Shown in pieces: positions 10,096-26,000 of a DNA stretch of 64,000 nucleotides. The notes under the pieces are model-generated. The model searched no databases. It saw only the letters and a list, made by a program, of their open reading frames with translations, and had not been told where the DNA came from. Origin of the DNA: Methanobacteriota archaeon (GTDB lineage Archaea > Thermoplasmatota > E2 > DHVEG-1); contig CAVYNH010000004.1 in the NCBI GenBank assembly GCA_963769885.1, positions 1-64,000 on the forward strand. Direction: 5' to 3'. Both the position numbers and the translations under genes were made by a program. The stretch's first letter is position 1. Every line of letters begins with the position of its first letter.

Positions 10096-10289
10096 ACCTC
10101 TTCCATTTCGGTATCGTACGTGTTTTTAATAATGGTATCTATTGATTAAAATTAAAAGGAAGGAAGAATTCTTTTAGAGGGGGAAAAGGGGGGTAGAAAA
10201 TGAAATTCTTCCATCCTTCCTATGGCCGTCACATCGAGCGGATTGGTTAAGTAGCTTTTTCGCAGCTGAATACGTAGCTATGTATGCAG

Positions 10290-11264
10290 CTACGCTGGGG
10301 CGGCGACGGCGTCGAGCCGTTTGATGACCTCGGCCTTCAGCTCAGGGATGCCCTCCCCCGTCGTGCAGGAAATCTTCCAGTTGATTGAACTGGTTTTTTT
10401 CATGTCACTTTTGTTTTCGACGACAAGGAACGGGACGTCCGCGAAGAAATCTTTGAGATAAGCGAGGAGCCGTTCCTGCACGTCGATGGTGTAGCCGCAG
10501 GTCTCCGTGGGGTCGATGATGAAGACGATAAGATCCGCAAGATGGGTCAGGGCGGTGATTGCCTGGCGTTCGATGGCGTTGCGGTCCTCCAGCGGCCGGT
10601 CGAGGAGCCCAGGGGTGTCGATGACCTGGTACCATTCGTCGCCGTACCGCTTGGTCTTCCTGATGTGACCGACGACGAGCTGCTTGGTCGTGAACGGGTA
10701 GGTGGCGATGAGGGGCTTGGCGTTGGAGAAGAGCCGGATGAGGGAGGATTTGCCGACGTTGGGGTACCCGGCGATGACCACCGTGGGCATGTCGCCGATC
10801 TCAGGGAGGTCTCTGAGGAGGGCGCGGGCCTTGGCGAGAAACTGCAGCTGGGGGTCGATTTGGTACAGGATGGAGGAGAGTCTGCCGATGATTGCCTGCT
10901 GGCGGCGCTTGAGGCCGTCGTCGGTCCGTTCTCGGAGCAGAATGCGCCGCTGCTTTTTGTAGACCGCGCTGCACGTCTCTTTCGCCCAACTGAGGGCGCC
11001 GAGCGCTTTTTTCAGCGCATCGGTCTTGACCTGGATGTTGATGATCTCCTGGTAGAAGAGGGGGAGGCGGTCCAGGGTGGGGAACGCGGTGACGTAGGAC
11101 TCCAGCTGGCTGGTGACGGAGGTGACGATGACGTCCATGTGGCCCGCGTACCGCCTCGGAGGCGAGCCTTCCTTGATGGTGGGGGAAAGGTGGGTCTTTT
11201 TGGCTCTCTGGAACGCGGCGTCGATGATCTCTTGTGCACTCTGGATTGGAGGGATGTGATACAT
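10290..11264 (-). CDS. NOG1-family GTP-binding protein
   Basis: GYPNVGKSS, YPFTTK, DTPGLLDRP and NKSD motifs. Confidence 0.93.
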   Translation of the reverse strand: MYHIPPIQSAQEIIDAAFQRAKKTHLSPTIKEGSPPRRYAGHMDVIVTSVTSQLESYVTAFPTLDRLPLFYQEIINIQVKTDALKKALGALSWAKETCSAVYKKQRRILLRERTDDGLKRRQQAIIGRLSSILYQIDPQLQFLAKARALLRDLPEIGDMPTVVIAGYPNVGKSSLIRLFSNAKPLIATYPFTTKQLVVGHIRKTKRYGDEWYQVIDTPGLLDRPLEDRNAIERQAITALTHLADLIVFIIDPTETCGYTIDVQERLLAYLKDFFADVPFLVVENKSDMKKTSSINWKISCTTGEGIPELKAEVIKRLDAVAAPA

Positions 11265-11314
11265 AGGTTGAAAAGCTTTATCTTATTCGTCTAAATAACG
11301 CTGTTGGTCAGCCT

Positions 11315-11545
11315 ATGGTGGATGAAGGGTATATCCTGGCGAACAAGTTCCGCCGCGCGATCTTCGACGAATTGGTCAGCGGCGAGCACGACATCCGCCG
11401 GATCGCCAAGAAGCACCGCATCATCCCACGGGTGGCACAGAAGGTCGTGGACGAGTTCGAGGCCGAGGAACTGGTGACCAAGCAGGGACCCTTCTACACC
11501 TTCACCGAGAAGGGCAACAAACTGGTCCATACCATGTACCGCTAG
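11315..11545 (+). CDS. Small winged-helix protein
   Basis: 76 aa with an HTH-wing pattern ending YTFTEKG; first gene of the ribK-polX-ligA run. Confidence 0.7.
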   Translation: MVDEGYILANKFRRAIFDELVSGEHDIRRIAKKHRIIPRVAQKVVDEFEAEELVTKQGPFYTFTEKGNKLVHTMYR

Positions 11546-11557
11546 AGGCCACAGACC

Positions 11558-12217
11558 ATGAAACACTACCTGCTCGCGACCCTCAAAGAGCTCGGATTAT
11601 TGGGTGCTATCGAACGCAAGATAGAGTTGTCCAGTCAGGAGCTCGCCGCGCGCCTCGGCGTCAGCCAACAGACCGCCTCCCGCTACCTCCTCGAACTGGA
11701 TCAACAGCAGCTCATCACCCGTGAACTCGGGATCAAAAAACAGCTCATCGCCATCACCCCCGCGGGCCGGGACGCCCTCGAAGCCGAGTACCTCTCCTTC
11801 CAACAAGTCTTCTCCCTCTCTTCCCAGGTGGTCTTCACCGGCCGCCTCGTCTCCGGCCTCGGCGAAGGCAAGTACTACACCGCCCACCCCGGCTACCAGC
11901 GACAGTTCACCGAACGCCTCGGGTTCACCCCCTACCCCGGCACCCTCAACATCGAGATCGCCGGCGCCGAACGCAACAAACTCCGCCTCCTCAGCGGCGG
12001 CGGCATCCACATCGAGGCCTTCGACGCCGAAGGACGCACCTTCGGCAGCGTCGACTGCTTCAAAGCCACCGTCAACGGCGTCCAGGCCGCCATCGTCCTC
12101 CCAAAGCGCAGCCATTACGCCACCGTCCTCGAAGTCATCTCCTCCCACCACCTCCGAGAAAAACTCGGACTCACCGACGGCGACACCGTCACCGTCACCG
12201 TCACCCTCACCAGGTAA
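11558..12217 (+). CDS. ribK: CTP-dependent riboflavin kinase with N-terminal HTH (RbkR-type)
   Basis: HTH SSQELAARLGVSQQTASRYL; SGLGEGKYY, PYPGTLN and EVIS..LR..LGL.DGD motifs. Confidence 0.93.
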   Translation: MKHYLLATLKELGLLGAIERKIELSSQELAARLGVSQQTASRYLLELDQQQLITRELGIKKQLIAITPAGRDALEAEYLSFQQVFSLSSQVVFTGRLVSGLGEGKYYTAHPGYQRQFTERLGFTPYPGTLNIEIAGAERNKLRLLSGGGIHIEAFDAEGRTFGSVDCFKATVNGVQAAIVLPKRSHYATVLEVISSHHLREKLGLTDGDTVTVTVTLTR

Positions 12218-12222
12218 ACATC

Positions 12223-15933
<3,711 letters not shown>

Positions 15934-15937
<4 letters not shown>

Positions 15938-16149
15938 ACAGATTGGAACCGTGCAAGAGTGAAGAGAACCAGGCGAGCTGTCCCTGTAGTTATCCCTGTG
16001 AGCGAAAGGGGATTTGCTGTGAGTGCCTGCGGTATCATCGAGGTCGAGGGGAGCTTCCCGGCTGTTTCTTCCCTGGTGCGGCCGAGCGGACGTATGATCG
16101 GAGTGTCGCGCATTTCATACGACTGACAAAGGAGAAGAAGGGTGGGTGA
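15934..16149 (+). CDS. Small Cys-rich protein (DUF6485-like)
   Basis: [20 protein letters not shown]...LPGCFF...ERTYDRS; overlaps the ligA stop (GTGA). Confidence 0.75.
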
Positions 16150-16367
16150 GGGATGCGCGGTCATACGTAGCCCGTGATGCCGACGTCGATCCAGGTGGTG
16201 TTCCGGGCGCACTGCGGGCTGCTCTGGAGAGAGTCCTCGACGAATTTCTTAATGAGCGCGGGGTACATCTCCCCGGCGACCATATGTTGGTTGTGACCTT
16301 CGCAGAAGAAGGCGAAGGTCGGCGTGTCCATGCGTGTTTTTCCAGGGGAAATCATGCCTTGTCGTAA
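16146..16367 (+). CDS. Hypothetical protein
   Basis: GTGA overlap with the preceding gene; 73 aa. Confidence 0.5.
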   Translation: MRDARSYVARDADVDPGGVPGALRAALERVLDEFLNERGVHLPGDHMLVVTFAEEGEGRRVHACFSRGNHALS

Positions 16368-16420
16368 CGTAAGGCTTATAACTGTTGACAGTATAAGGGA
16401 TGCGAGGTAAGGAAGGACTT

Positions 16421-16654
16421 ATGGCTATCGGGTTTGTCCTGATTAGCGCGGCACCTGCGCATGAGCACGAGGTCTACAATAAACTGCTGAAAGTCCCGCA
16501 AATCATCGAGTTACATCCCTTGTTCGGGGAGTACAACCTCATCGCGAAGATCGAGGCGGATGACTTCGAAAGCCTCGGTGACATCGTGGTCAAGAAAATC
16601 AGGACGATCGAAGGGGTCATAGACACCAAGACCTTAACCGGGACTAAATTCTGA
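16421..16654 (+). CDS. Lrp/AsnC ligand-binding (RAM) domain protein
   Basis: MAIGFVLIS, LFGEYNLIAKIE and IRTIEGVIDTKTL motifs; no HTH. Confidence 0.9.
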   Translation: MAIGFVLISAAPAHEHEVYNKLLKVPQIIELHPLFGEYNLIAKIEADDFESLGDIVVKKIRTIEGVIDTKTLTGTKF

Positions 16655-16668
16655 GGAAGGAATAAACC

Positions 16669-16980
16669 ATGGAAGGATTACTCCAATATTTTTTGGGCAT
16701 GCTGATGCTGGTGTTTGCAATCGCAAGCATTATCGCCGGAATCTTCACCGCCTACTTCGGCTCCGGGAAGAGCCGCGGGGTCGGTGCCATCCTGATCATC
16801 CTCGGGCTGATCGTTGGCTTCATCTTCTTATGGGGCGCAGATGTCTTCCGCATCGGGACGCTGCCTAGCTTCCTTCAGTTCGTAGGCACGGTGACCAACG
16901 GCGTCGTCGCCGTCGTCGGCGCGATCGTCGGCGCGCTCATCGCCTTAGGCATCTTCCTGCTCGCCATCATGAAAACATAA
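16669..16980 (+). CDS. Small 3-TM membrane protein
   Basis: AGIFTAYFGSGKSR motif and hydrophobic helices. Confidence 0.8.
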   Translation: MEGLLQYFLGMLMLVFAIASIIAGIFTAYFGSGKSRGVGAILIILGLIVGFIFLWGADVFRIGTLPSFLQFVGTVTNGVVAVVGAIVGALIALGIFLLAIMKT

Positions 16981-17057
16981 GAGTCTCAGAAGACTCTGCT
17001 CAAAACGGCTTGCCATAGTCCCCCGGGGACTGTCGCAAGCTCCGTTTTCCCCTTTTT
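16980..17057. terminator. Tandem hairpins plus T-tract between convergent genes
   Basis: AGAGTCT-CAGA-AGACTCT, then a long stem AAAACGG-CTTGC...GCAAG-CT-CCGTTTT followed by CCCCTTTTT. Confidence 0.55.
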
Positions 17058-17072
17058 ACTGGTATGCTTCTA

Positions 17073-17660
17073 CTAGAGGGAGTCGTAAAACAGGCGGTGG
17101 ATGCGCAGGTCGTCGGTAAGTTCTGGGTGGAAGGAGACCGCGAGGAACCTGCCTTGGCGGGCCATGACGATGCCCTCATCGATTCGTGCGAGGACCCTGC
17201 AGTTCCTTGAAGTCTCCGTAATCAGGGGTGCGCGGATGAATACACCAGGGAATGGACGGTCGAAGACTTGGATGGCCACCGGCTGTTCGAAGGATTCCTT
17301 CTGCCTGCCGAAGGCGTTACGCCGGACCTCCATATCCATCGCCTTCAGCAAAGTAACCTCAGTCGGATCCGCGAGCCGCTTCGCGAGCAGGACGCAGCCG
17401 GCACACGTCCCCAGGACCGCGATGTCATCGTCGGAAATCCGTTCGCGAAGCTTCGGTCCAATCCCGCTCTGCTCAAGAATCCGGGAAATCGTCGTGCTCT
17501 CCCCACCTGGAAGAATCACCCCATCCAACTCAGGAATCTGGCCCGGGGTTCGCAGGAGAACACCTTTTCCTTTGATCTTGGATTCACGGAAAAGTCGCTG
17601 CAGGCTGTCGAGGTGTTCTGAGACCGCGCCTTGGATAGAGAGTACGCCGATGGTTTTGAT
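17073..17660 (-). CDS. pdxT: PLP synthase glutaminase subunit PdxT, no canonical start codon
   Basis: IGVLSIQGAVSEH, LPGGEST, GTCAG, RNAFGRQ.ESF, FIRAP and FHPEL motifs. The conserved N-terminus begins at an ATC at 17660. Confidence 0.92.
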   Translation of the reverse strand: MKTIGVLSIQGAVSEHLDSLQRLFRESKIKGKGVLLRTPGQIPELDGVILPGGESTTISRILEQSGIGPKLRERISDDDIAVLGTCAGCVLLAKRLADPTEVTLLKAMDMEVRRNAFGRQKESFEQPVAIQVFDRPFPGVFIRAPLITETSRNCRVLARIDEGIVMARQGRFLAVSFHPELTDDLRIHRLFYDSL

Positions 17661-17663
17661 AGA

Positions 17664-18668
17664 CTACCAGCCTCGCTCCTGAAGGATTTGGTCCTTGGGA
17701 ATCGTGCCAATCTCGATGCCTGGCATGGCGCCGCCGATGTCCTTGCTGACCCGGGCGATGACCTCGGGGTCGTCGTAGTTGGCGACGGCTTCGACGATCG
17801 CTTTGGCGCGCTTCTGCGGGTTTTCAGACTTGAAAATGCCGGAGCCGACGAAGACACCGTCGCTGCCCAGCTGCATCATAATAGCGGCATCTGCCGGGGT
17901 TGCGATCCCGCCGGCGGCGAAGTTGACGACTGGGAGCCGCTGCATCTGTCTCGTTTCCTTGATGATGGACAGGATCTCCTTGATTACGGTGCCGTACTCA
18001 TCGTCTCCGAACACCTTGCTGGTCGCGACAACCGTGTGGCCGCCGGTGAGCGTCTTGAAGGCGTCCGCGTAGCTTTGGGTGTAGCCTTCGGCGAGGGTCT
18101 GCAGAGTTGAATCATTCATCTGTTTGAGCTCATGGATCATCCCGATGACCATGTGCTGGTGGCGGATGGCTTCGACGATGTTGCCGGTCCCTGCCTCTCC
18201 TTTGGTGCGGATCATGGCTGCGCCTTCGTAGATCCGGCGGACGGCTTCGCCGAGGTTGCGGCAGCCGCAGACGAAGGGGACGGTGAACTCTTTCTTGTTG
18301 ACGTGGTAGAAAGGGTCGGCTGGGGTGAGGACTTCGGACTCGTCGATCATGTCGACGCCGAGGACTTCGAGGGCCTGGGCCTCGGCGAAGTGGCCGATGC
18401 GGCATTTGGCCATGACTGGGATGCTGACGGTGTCGATGATCTGCCTGATGATGAGGGGGTCGGCCATCCGGGCGACGCCGCCTTGGGCACGGATGTCGGC
18501 GGGGACACGTTCGAGGGCCATGACCGCGACGGCGCCGCTGTCCTCAGCGATGCGGGCTTGCGCTGCGTTGGTGACGTCCATGATAACGCCGCCTTTCTGC
18601 ATCTTGGCGAAGCCGCGCTTGACGAGGTCGGTGCCGTGGCGGAGTGTTGAAAGATCCAGGGTTTTCAT
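17664..18668 (-). CDS. pdxS: PLP synthase lyase subunit PdxS
   Basis: [38 protein letters not shown] and a QERGW end. Confidence 0.97.
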   Translation of the reverse strand: MKTLDLSTLRHGTDLVKRGFAKMQKGGVIMDVTNAAQARIAEDSGAVAVMALERVPADIRAQGGVARMADPLIIRQIIDTVSIPVMAKCRIGHFAEAQALEVLGVDMIDESEVLTPADPFYHVNKKEFTVPFVCGCRNLGEAVRRIYEGAAMIRTKGEAGTGNIVEAIRHQHMVIGMIHELKQMNDSTLQTLAEGYTQSYADAFKTLTGGHTVVATSKVFGDDEYGTVIKEILSIIKETRQMQRLPVVNFAAGGIATPADAAIMMQLGSDGVFVGSGIFKSENPQKRAKAIVEAVANYDDPEVIARVSKDIGGAMPGIEIGTIPKDQILQERGW

Positions 18669-18736
18669 TTTATCCTACCCCCAGGAGAATTTGGATGGGA
18701 GAAATTAAGGGGATATCAGGTCCCCTTTATTAAGAA

Positions 18737-20119
18737 CTACGGTTGTTTCTTTAAGTGCCGGGGGACCTGGGTCTGCTGGAGGAGGGAGAGGGCGGCTGCC
18801 TTCGCATGGGGTTCGCCGTTGGGCAAGGTGTGCGCCATGTAGGCTTCGTAGGCGGCGAGGTCGAAGTAGCCGTGGCCGCTGTTGGTGAAGACGATGACTT
18901 GCCGTTGGTTGTTTTTCTTGGCGATGCGGGCGAGGTCGATGGCGGCTCTGACGGCGTGGGCGGATTCGGGGGCGACGAGGAAGCCTTCGGTTTTCGCAAA
19001 GAGGAGGGCGGCTTCGAAAACCTCTTCTTGGGTGTAGGCGAGGGCCTCCATGTAACCGTCTCTGGTGAGTTTGGAGAGGAGGGGGCTGTCGCCGTGGTAG
19101 CGGAGTCCGCCGGCGTGGATTGGTGGGGGGACGAACTGGTGGCCCATGGTGTACATTTTCAGGAGGGGGGTGAGGCCTGCACTGTCACCGTAGTCGTAGC
19201 GGTATTCCCCTTTGGTGAGGCTGGGGCAGGCGAGGGGTTCGACGCTGATGACTCTGAGGTCTGGGGTTTTGCCTGCGATTTTGTCTTTGAGGAAGGGGAA
19301 GCTGGTGCCGGCGAAGTTGCTGCCGCCGCCGACGCAGCCGGTGAGGATGTCGGGGGTGCGGTCGATGGCGTTGAGTTGTTGTTGGAGTTCAAGTCCGATG
19401 ATGGTTTGGTGGAGGACGACGTGGTTGAGGACGCTGCCGAGGGCGTAGTGGGTGTTGTCGTGGGTGGCGGCGTCTTCGACGGCTTCGCTGATGGCCATGC
19501 CGAGGCTGCCGGTGGTGTCGGGGTGTTCCTTGCGGATGTTGAGTCCGGTTTGGGTGAGGGTGGTGGGGCTGGGGTTGACTTCTGCGCCCCAAGTCTGCAT
19601 GAGGAGGCGGCGGTAGGGTTTTTGTTCGTAGCTGCATTTGACCATGTAGATGCGGCATTGGAGGCCGAAGAGCTGGGTGGCGAAGGCGAGGGCGCTGCCC
19701 CATTGGCCGGCGCCGGTTTCGGTGACGAGGCGCTGGGTGCCTTCTTGTTTGTTGTAGTAGGCTTGGGGGACGGCGCTGTTGGGTTTGTGTGAGCCGGCGG
19801 GGCTGACGCCTTCCCATTTGTAGTAGATCTCAGCGGGGGTCTTGAGGGCGGCTTCGAGTCTGGTGGCGCGGTAGAGGGGGGATGGTCTCCAGAGGCGGTA
19901 GATTTCCCGGACTGGGGTGGGGATGGGGATGTAGCGGTCTTGGCTGATTTCTTGTTGGATGAGGGCGTCGGGGAAGAGCGGTCGGAGTTCGCTGGGGTGC
20001 AGTGGTTTTTTGGTTTGGGGGTGGAGGGGTGGGTCGAGGGGGGTGGGGAGGTCGGCTTGGATGTTGTACCACGTTTTTGGGATGTCGTTTTCATCGAGGA
20101 TGATTTTGGTGCGCTTCAT
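18737..20119 (-). CDS. trpB2: Tryptophan synthase beta chain 2 (TrpB2)
   Basis: [42 protein letters not shown] and SGHGYFD motifs. Confidence 0.95.
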   Translation of the reverse strand: MKRTKIILDENDIPKTWYNIQADLPTPLDPPLHPQTKKPLHPSELRPLFPDALIQQEISQDRYIPIPTPVREIYRLWRPSPLYRATRLEAALKTPAEIYYKWEGVSPAGSHKPNSAVPQAYYNKQEGTQRLVTETGAGQWGSALAFATQLFGLQCRIYMVKCSYEQKPYRRLLMQTWGAEVNPSPTTLTQTGLNIRKEHPDTTGSLGMAISEAVEDAATHDNTHYALGSVLNHVVLHQTIIGLELQQQLNAIDRTPDILTGCVGGGSNFAGTSFPFLKDKIAGKTPDLRVISVEPLACPSLTKGEYRYDYGDSAGLTPLLKMYTMGHQFVPPPIHAGGLRYHGDSPLLSKLTRDGYMEALAYTQEEVFEAALLFAKTEGFLVAPESAHAVRAAIDLARIAKKNNQRQVIVFTNSGHGYFDLAAYEAYMAHTLPNGEPHAKAAALSLLQQTQVPRHLKKQP

Positions 20120-20163
20120 GGTAGTGTTCTATGGGCGTCTAGGTATTTATATTTTGCTAAAAC

Positions 20164-20225
20164 TGTGCATTAGTGTATAAAATTATACATCAATGGAAGG
20201 TTTTATTAAGGCACAAAACTGTACA
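20164..20225. promoter_or_regulatory. TRP-box array (TrpY operators) in the divergent trpB2/trpY promoter
   Basis: TGTGCA-N4-TGTATA-N4-TATACA (20164-20189) and GGCACA-N4-TGTACA (20210-20225) match the TGTACA TRP box; TATA-like boxes at ~20144-20151 (-) and 20201-20209 (+). Confidence 0.75.
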
Positions 20226-20234
20226 TCCCCCTGA

Positions 20235-20735
20235 ATGTGGAAGCAGCTCGCCCCCTTCTTCGACGCCTACCCCGTTCGCATGAGGATCGCCCAAAAGATG
20301 CTGGAGTACGGCCTGCGCACCAGCAACGGCAAGGTCTACTGCGGACCGATTGAATTATCAGACTCCAAGATGGCCAGGGCATTCGACGTAGATAGGCGTG
20401 CAATTGCGGTGACAATTGAAACTATCCAGAAGCATCCCGAACTTTCCAAGATTTTTGAAAAACTCCAGCCTACCTGCCATCTTCGAGAAGTAGCCCCGGT
20501 CATGAACTGGGGCGTCGTCGAAATCATCCCCGACGACCCCAGTACGCCCGGCATCCTCGCCGAGGTCGCCACCCTCATCGCCCAGGAAAAAATCAGCATC
20601 CGCCAGGCCATTAGCGACGACTTCGAAGTCACCGAGGAGCCACGCCTCTACATCATCACGGAGGGTACCATTCCGGGCCACCTGATCCCGAAAATCCGGC
20701 ACGCAAAAGGCGTCAAAGCAGTCCTCATTTACTAA
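20235..20735 (+). CDS. trpY: TrpY-like ACT-domain transcriptional regulator (COG2150)
   Basis: N-terminal HTH (SKMARAFDVDRR), C-terminal ACT (PGILAEV...ISIRQAI); divergent from trpB2 with TRP boxes between. Confidence 0.8.
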   Translation: MWKQLAPFFDAYPVRMRIAQKMLEYGLRTSNGKVYCGPIELSDSKMARAFDVDRRAIAVTIETIQKHPELSKIFEKLQPTCHLREVAPVMNWGVVEIIPDDPSTPGILAEVATLIAQEKISIRQAISDDFEVTEEPRLYIITEGTIPGHLIPKIRHAKGVKAVLIY

Positions 20736-20756
20736 AAGAAGAAGGGGGAGGAGAGG

Positions 20757-21860
20757 TTACGCGACCGTGACCTCGTTGCAGAGATACACATCCTGGATCG
20801 CATGCAGCAGCCGCACGCCGTCCTCGAACGGCTTCTGGAACGCCTTCCGACCTGTAATCAATCCGGTGCCGCCCGCCCGCTTGTTGATGACCGCGGTGCG
20901 CACCGCCTCCGCATAGTCATCTTTGCCTGACGGCCCACCAGAATTAATTAAACCGATGCGGCCCGCGTAGCAGTTCAGCACCTGATACCTAGTCAAATCG
21001 ATAGGATGATCCGACACTAACTCCGTATACGCCTTCTGATCCATCTTCCCGTACTTCATCCCTCCTTTGTTCAACGCTATGTATCCACCGTTTAGCGTCG
21101 GCAGCTTCTGCTTGATCAAATCCGCCTCAATCGTCACCCCGAGATGGTTCGCCTGACCGGTGAGGTCCGCGGCCGTATGGTAATCCTTCCCCTCAACCTT
21201 GAACGCATCGTTGCGCAGGTAGCACCACAGCACCGTCGCCAGCCCCAACTCATGCGCATACGCAAACGCCTCGCTGGTCTCCTGGATCTGCCGATCAGAC
21301 TCCTCGGAGCCGAAGTAGATCGTCGACCCGACCGCGGCCGCACCCATCGTCACCGCCTGCTCAACGCCCGCGAACATGATCTGATCGGAGTGATTAGGAT
21401 ACGTCAGCAACTCATTATGATTCAGCTTGAGGATGAACGGGATCTTCGGCGCGTACCGCCGCGCCACCGACCCAAGCACCCCAAGCGTGGAGGCAACCGC
21501 GTTGCAGCCGCCCGCTATCGCGAGCTTGACGATGTTCTCCGGGTCGAAGTACATCGGGTTCGGCGTGAACGACGCGGCAGCCGAATGCTCAATACCCTGG
21601 TCCACCGGCAAGATTGACAGGTAGCCAGTCCCAGCCAGCCGCCCATGATTATAGATCGACTGCAGGTTCACCAGCACCTGGGTCGGCCGGTCCGATTGCA
21701 GAAACACGCGGTCCACGTAATCATAGCCCGGAAGCGTCAACATTTCCTTCTTGACCTTACACGTATGATTCAACAAGGAATCGGCTTCACTTCCAAGGTA
21801 CTGACGGATCTGCTCAAAGTTGCCTTTCATGCTCACACCAACCTGCTCCAACCGGGACAT
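20757..21860 (-). CDS. fbaB: Class I fructose-bisphosphate aldolase (bacterial FbaB/DhnA type)
   Basis: [21 protein letters not shown] Schiff-base Lys, INKRAGG.GLI.GRKAFQ motifs. Confidence 0.93.
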   Translation of the reverse strand: MSRLEQVGVSMKGNFEQIRQYLGSEADSLLNHTCKVKKEMLTLPGYDYVDRVFLQSDRPTQVLVNLQSIYNHGRLAGTGYLSILPVDQGIEHSAAASFTPNPMYFDPENIVKLAIAGGCNAVASTLGVLGSVARRYAPKIPFILKLNHNELLTYPNHSDQIMFAGVEQAVTMGAAAVGSTIYFGSEESDRQIQETSEAFAYAHELGLATVLWCYLRNDAFKVEGKDYHTAADLTGQANHLGVTIEADLIKQKLPTLNGGYIALNKGGMKYGKMDQKAYTELVSDHPIDLTRYQVLNCYAGRIGLINSGGPSGKDDYAEAVRTAVINKRAGGTGLITGRKAFQKPFEDGVRLLHAIQDVYLCNEVTVA

Positions 21861-21952
21861 GCGTATTTCCACCTCTCAACGGTGAGAATGGCAACACTAC
21901 CGGGTCAGATAAAACTTTCGACAAAAAAGGAGAAAAAAGGAAGAGGAAAGGG

Positions 21953-22930
<978 letters not shown>

Positions 22931-23030
22931 ACGAGTACGCTCCCCGTGTTCTTACCTGCCTGTATCAAGAGACCCTTTATATTTTTTATTTCACAAAAGA
23001 AGAAGGAAAACCACACCAATCTTCGAGGCG

Positions 23031-26000
23031 TTAGGATTCCTTCGGAGGCCCCGGCGAAATCACATACCCGAGTCGCCGCCGACGCCACCGCGCCCACCGC
23101 GCCAAGATCAACGGCAAGATGAAAATCGAGGTCAAAATCGCATACAACAGCGTCACCGCCGTAATCAACCCAAACTGCTGCTGCGGCGGAATCGGCGCAA
23201 ACAACAAGATCCCGAACCCAAAGATCGAGCTGACCGCAGCAATCGACACCCCACTGCCCGTCCGGGAGATCGCCTCAATCACCGCCTGATCGATATCACC
23301 AGTCCGATCCACCACCAACCGGAACCGCTCCGTGATGTACACCGCATAATCAATCCCTACCCCGACGGTGATGCTCGTCACCGTCACCGTTAGCACATTC
23401 AACGTAAACCCAAAGAAATACATCGTCCCCAACACCCAGATCATCGACAGTGACACCGGAATCATTGCCACCAATCCCAACGTCGGCCGACGATAGATCA
23501 CAACCAACATAATCGCCGCCAGCAGGAAACAAATCCCCGTCGACATCAACTGACTTTCAGTCAACGACGTGACAATATTGTAAGTAATGAGGTCACCTCC
23601 GGTCACAACCGCCGTCGCCGATTCATAATCCACCACATCCCCATTCAAATCCGACTGAAGTACCTTGTATTCCGCTAGCATGTCCTTACTCTGCGGCAGG
23701 GTAATATACACACGAACAACCGTTGCCGTAAACGAATCCTCACTCCGATACAAGATACTCCGCGTATCACTCCCATACGCATTACTATCATAGAGATACG
23801 AATAGAACCCGGCAACATCCGAATCATTCTGAGGAATCCCCGTGGCGGTATTGACATGAAAGACACCCGCCAAGGAAGCATTATCCGCCAACGCCCTCTG
23901 CATGATGCTGTAAATATTCGTCGTTTTCGCGGACCCATCCGGGTTACGAGTCACATAATGGTCATCCTGGAGCCTCAACTGGGTCTGCGCGACCCCGTTC
24001 AACGCCTCAACCGTCGCAACCTTCCCCTCTATGAGAAGATACGCCTGGTCTTGACTGGCGAACGGGAAGTCCGTGGAGATCTTATTCAACTCCTGCAGCG
24101 CCTTGTTCTCCTGTGGAATGAACGAAGAAAGGCTGAAGCCAGTACTCAACTGCGACACCCCCACAACCATGACCAGAGAAATAGCGATAGCGACCATGAA
24201 GACGGCTTTGTCATGATGCAGGAGGAACCCGGCTATCTTCTTCAACTGAGTCTGAATCGAGACATCAGAGGCCTTTTTTAACGGATATGACTTTGTTCGA
24301 TCAGTGAGATACCGAGAAGCCATCAAGAACGTCATGGAAATGATGAACGTATACGAAATCCCCATCGCGAGGAACAAGCCGAAATTCCGGATGGGGGGGA
24401 TGGTCGCACTAAGGAAGGAGATGAAGGCAACAAAGGTCGTCGCCCATGCTAAGAATATCGCGATCCCGATCTCCTTAATCGACAAGATAATAGCAGCCCC
24501 CGCACTATTCCCCTTCTGCCGCTCAATCTTGTAATTAAAAAGGAGATTAACAGAGGTACTCCACCCCAAGACCGATGTTCAATGGTAGGATAGCGACCGC
24601 GAGAATGTTAAAAGGGATACGAAGCCAAGCCATCGTACCGAACAACCAGATTGTGGACAGCATGAAGACGACGACCGGGAGGAAGACGTAGGATGGTCGG
24701 CGGAAGGCAAGGAAGAGAATGATGACAATGATAATGAAAATTAGCGGGGCGATGACCATGTTCGCATCCATGGCGACCTTGTTCACCTCGGTTGAGACGA
24801 TGTCCGATCCCGTGACAGAGGTGCGGAGTTGCGGATACAGCCTGCTGTTGTTCTGAACCAACCCCGTGATCTCATTAAACCTCCGGTCAATCTCAGAAGA
24901 TGAGTTGGTTGCGTTGAGGAAGAGGATAGCGATAGACTCAGTTGCACGAGTTGCGTTCGTAGTGTTGCGGGGGAAAAAGGTGAGGATGTTATTGCGAAAT
25001 ATTGAGAATAGGCGTGGCAACAAGGGATAGACAAGGGAGACTGAGCCGGTGTCCGGTGCCCGGTCCGTAGGCTGCCAGCGACTCTGAATATCGGCGAGTG
25101 AGAACGTTGGAGGAAGTGAGAAACCGCTGCTGACGTTAGTCAGGTTCTGGAGGGCATCGGCAGGGAGACCGAGGTGTTCGAGAAGTCGGGTAACGAGGGA
25201 GCCGAGAAATCGTCGCTGCTGTAGCGTTTTTAGGGGGCCAAATAAGGTTGTTGTATTGAAGTAGATGTGACCGCCGATACGGAAGAAGACGAGGGGGGCA
25301 TAGGTGCGGCTACCGGCGGTGAAGTTAGTGAGTTTTGCGGGGAGCTTGTAGCCGTCGTAGGCAGGCGCAATGCCGTACTGTCGCAGTTCATTGCGGGAGA
25401 CAGTGAGAGTGATTTTGCCGGCCGCGCGGTCGAAGGAGATATTGGCGGTCTGGAGTTTAAGGGGGAAGATGATGGTCATATTGGGTGGGGTAACCCAGAG
25501 GTAGCCGGCGGCGATGTATTCGCGATGCATACCACGCGTAGTACGGAGGAGATTGAGGTTGTCAGCGAGGCTGTTCCCGAAGGTCCAGAGAGGGTTTTTT
25601 GGTTGCAGCCTGACGGAGAGTTGGTAGTTGAAGTCGAGGCCTGCGGCGGTGAAGTGGTTAGTAAAGGCAATGAACCATTCGAGGAGGCTGGTACGGGGGA
25701 CGGGGGGCTGAAGAGTGGTTGGGAGGGTGCTGAGATTGTAGACTTGGAGGATGAGGGTGAGGGTGGTGTTGGTGCTGGAAAGGCTGGCGGTTTTGATGTC
25801 AAGTATGTCGTTGCTGCGTGGTTTACCGAGGCGGGGGTTCGTGTCGGTGGGCTCGTTGGGGTCTGTGAGAAGGGTGAGGTTGGTGGGGGAGGGAATGAGG
25901 ATGTCGGAGAGGGCGGTGGCGATTTCTTCGTCGGTGCAATTGCCGAGGGTCTTGTTGAAGTCGAGTTGGCAGGCGGCGTCGATGAGAGCGGCGATGCTAA

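Noticed and set aside
17664-17666. Genome-wide TAG recoding (pyrrolysine or alternative code)
   Set aside because: Several complete genes end at TAG at the expected position (for example the cation exchanger at 8858 and pdxT at 17073), and no pyl genes are in the window.
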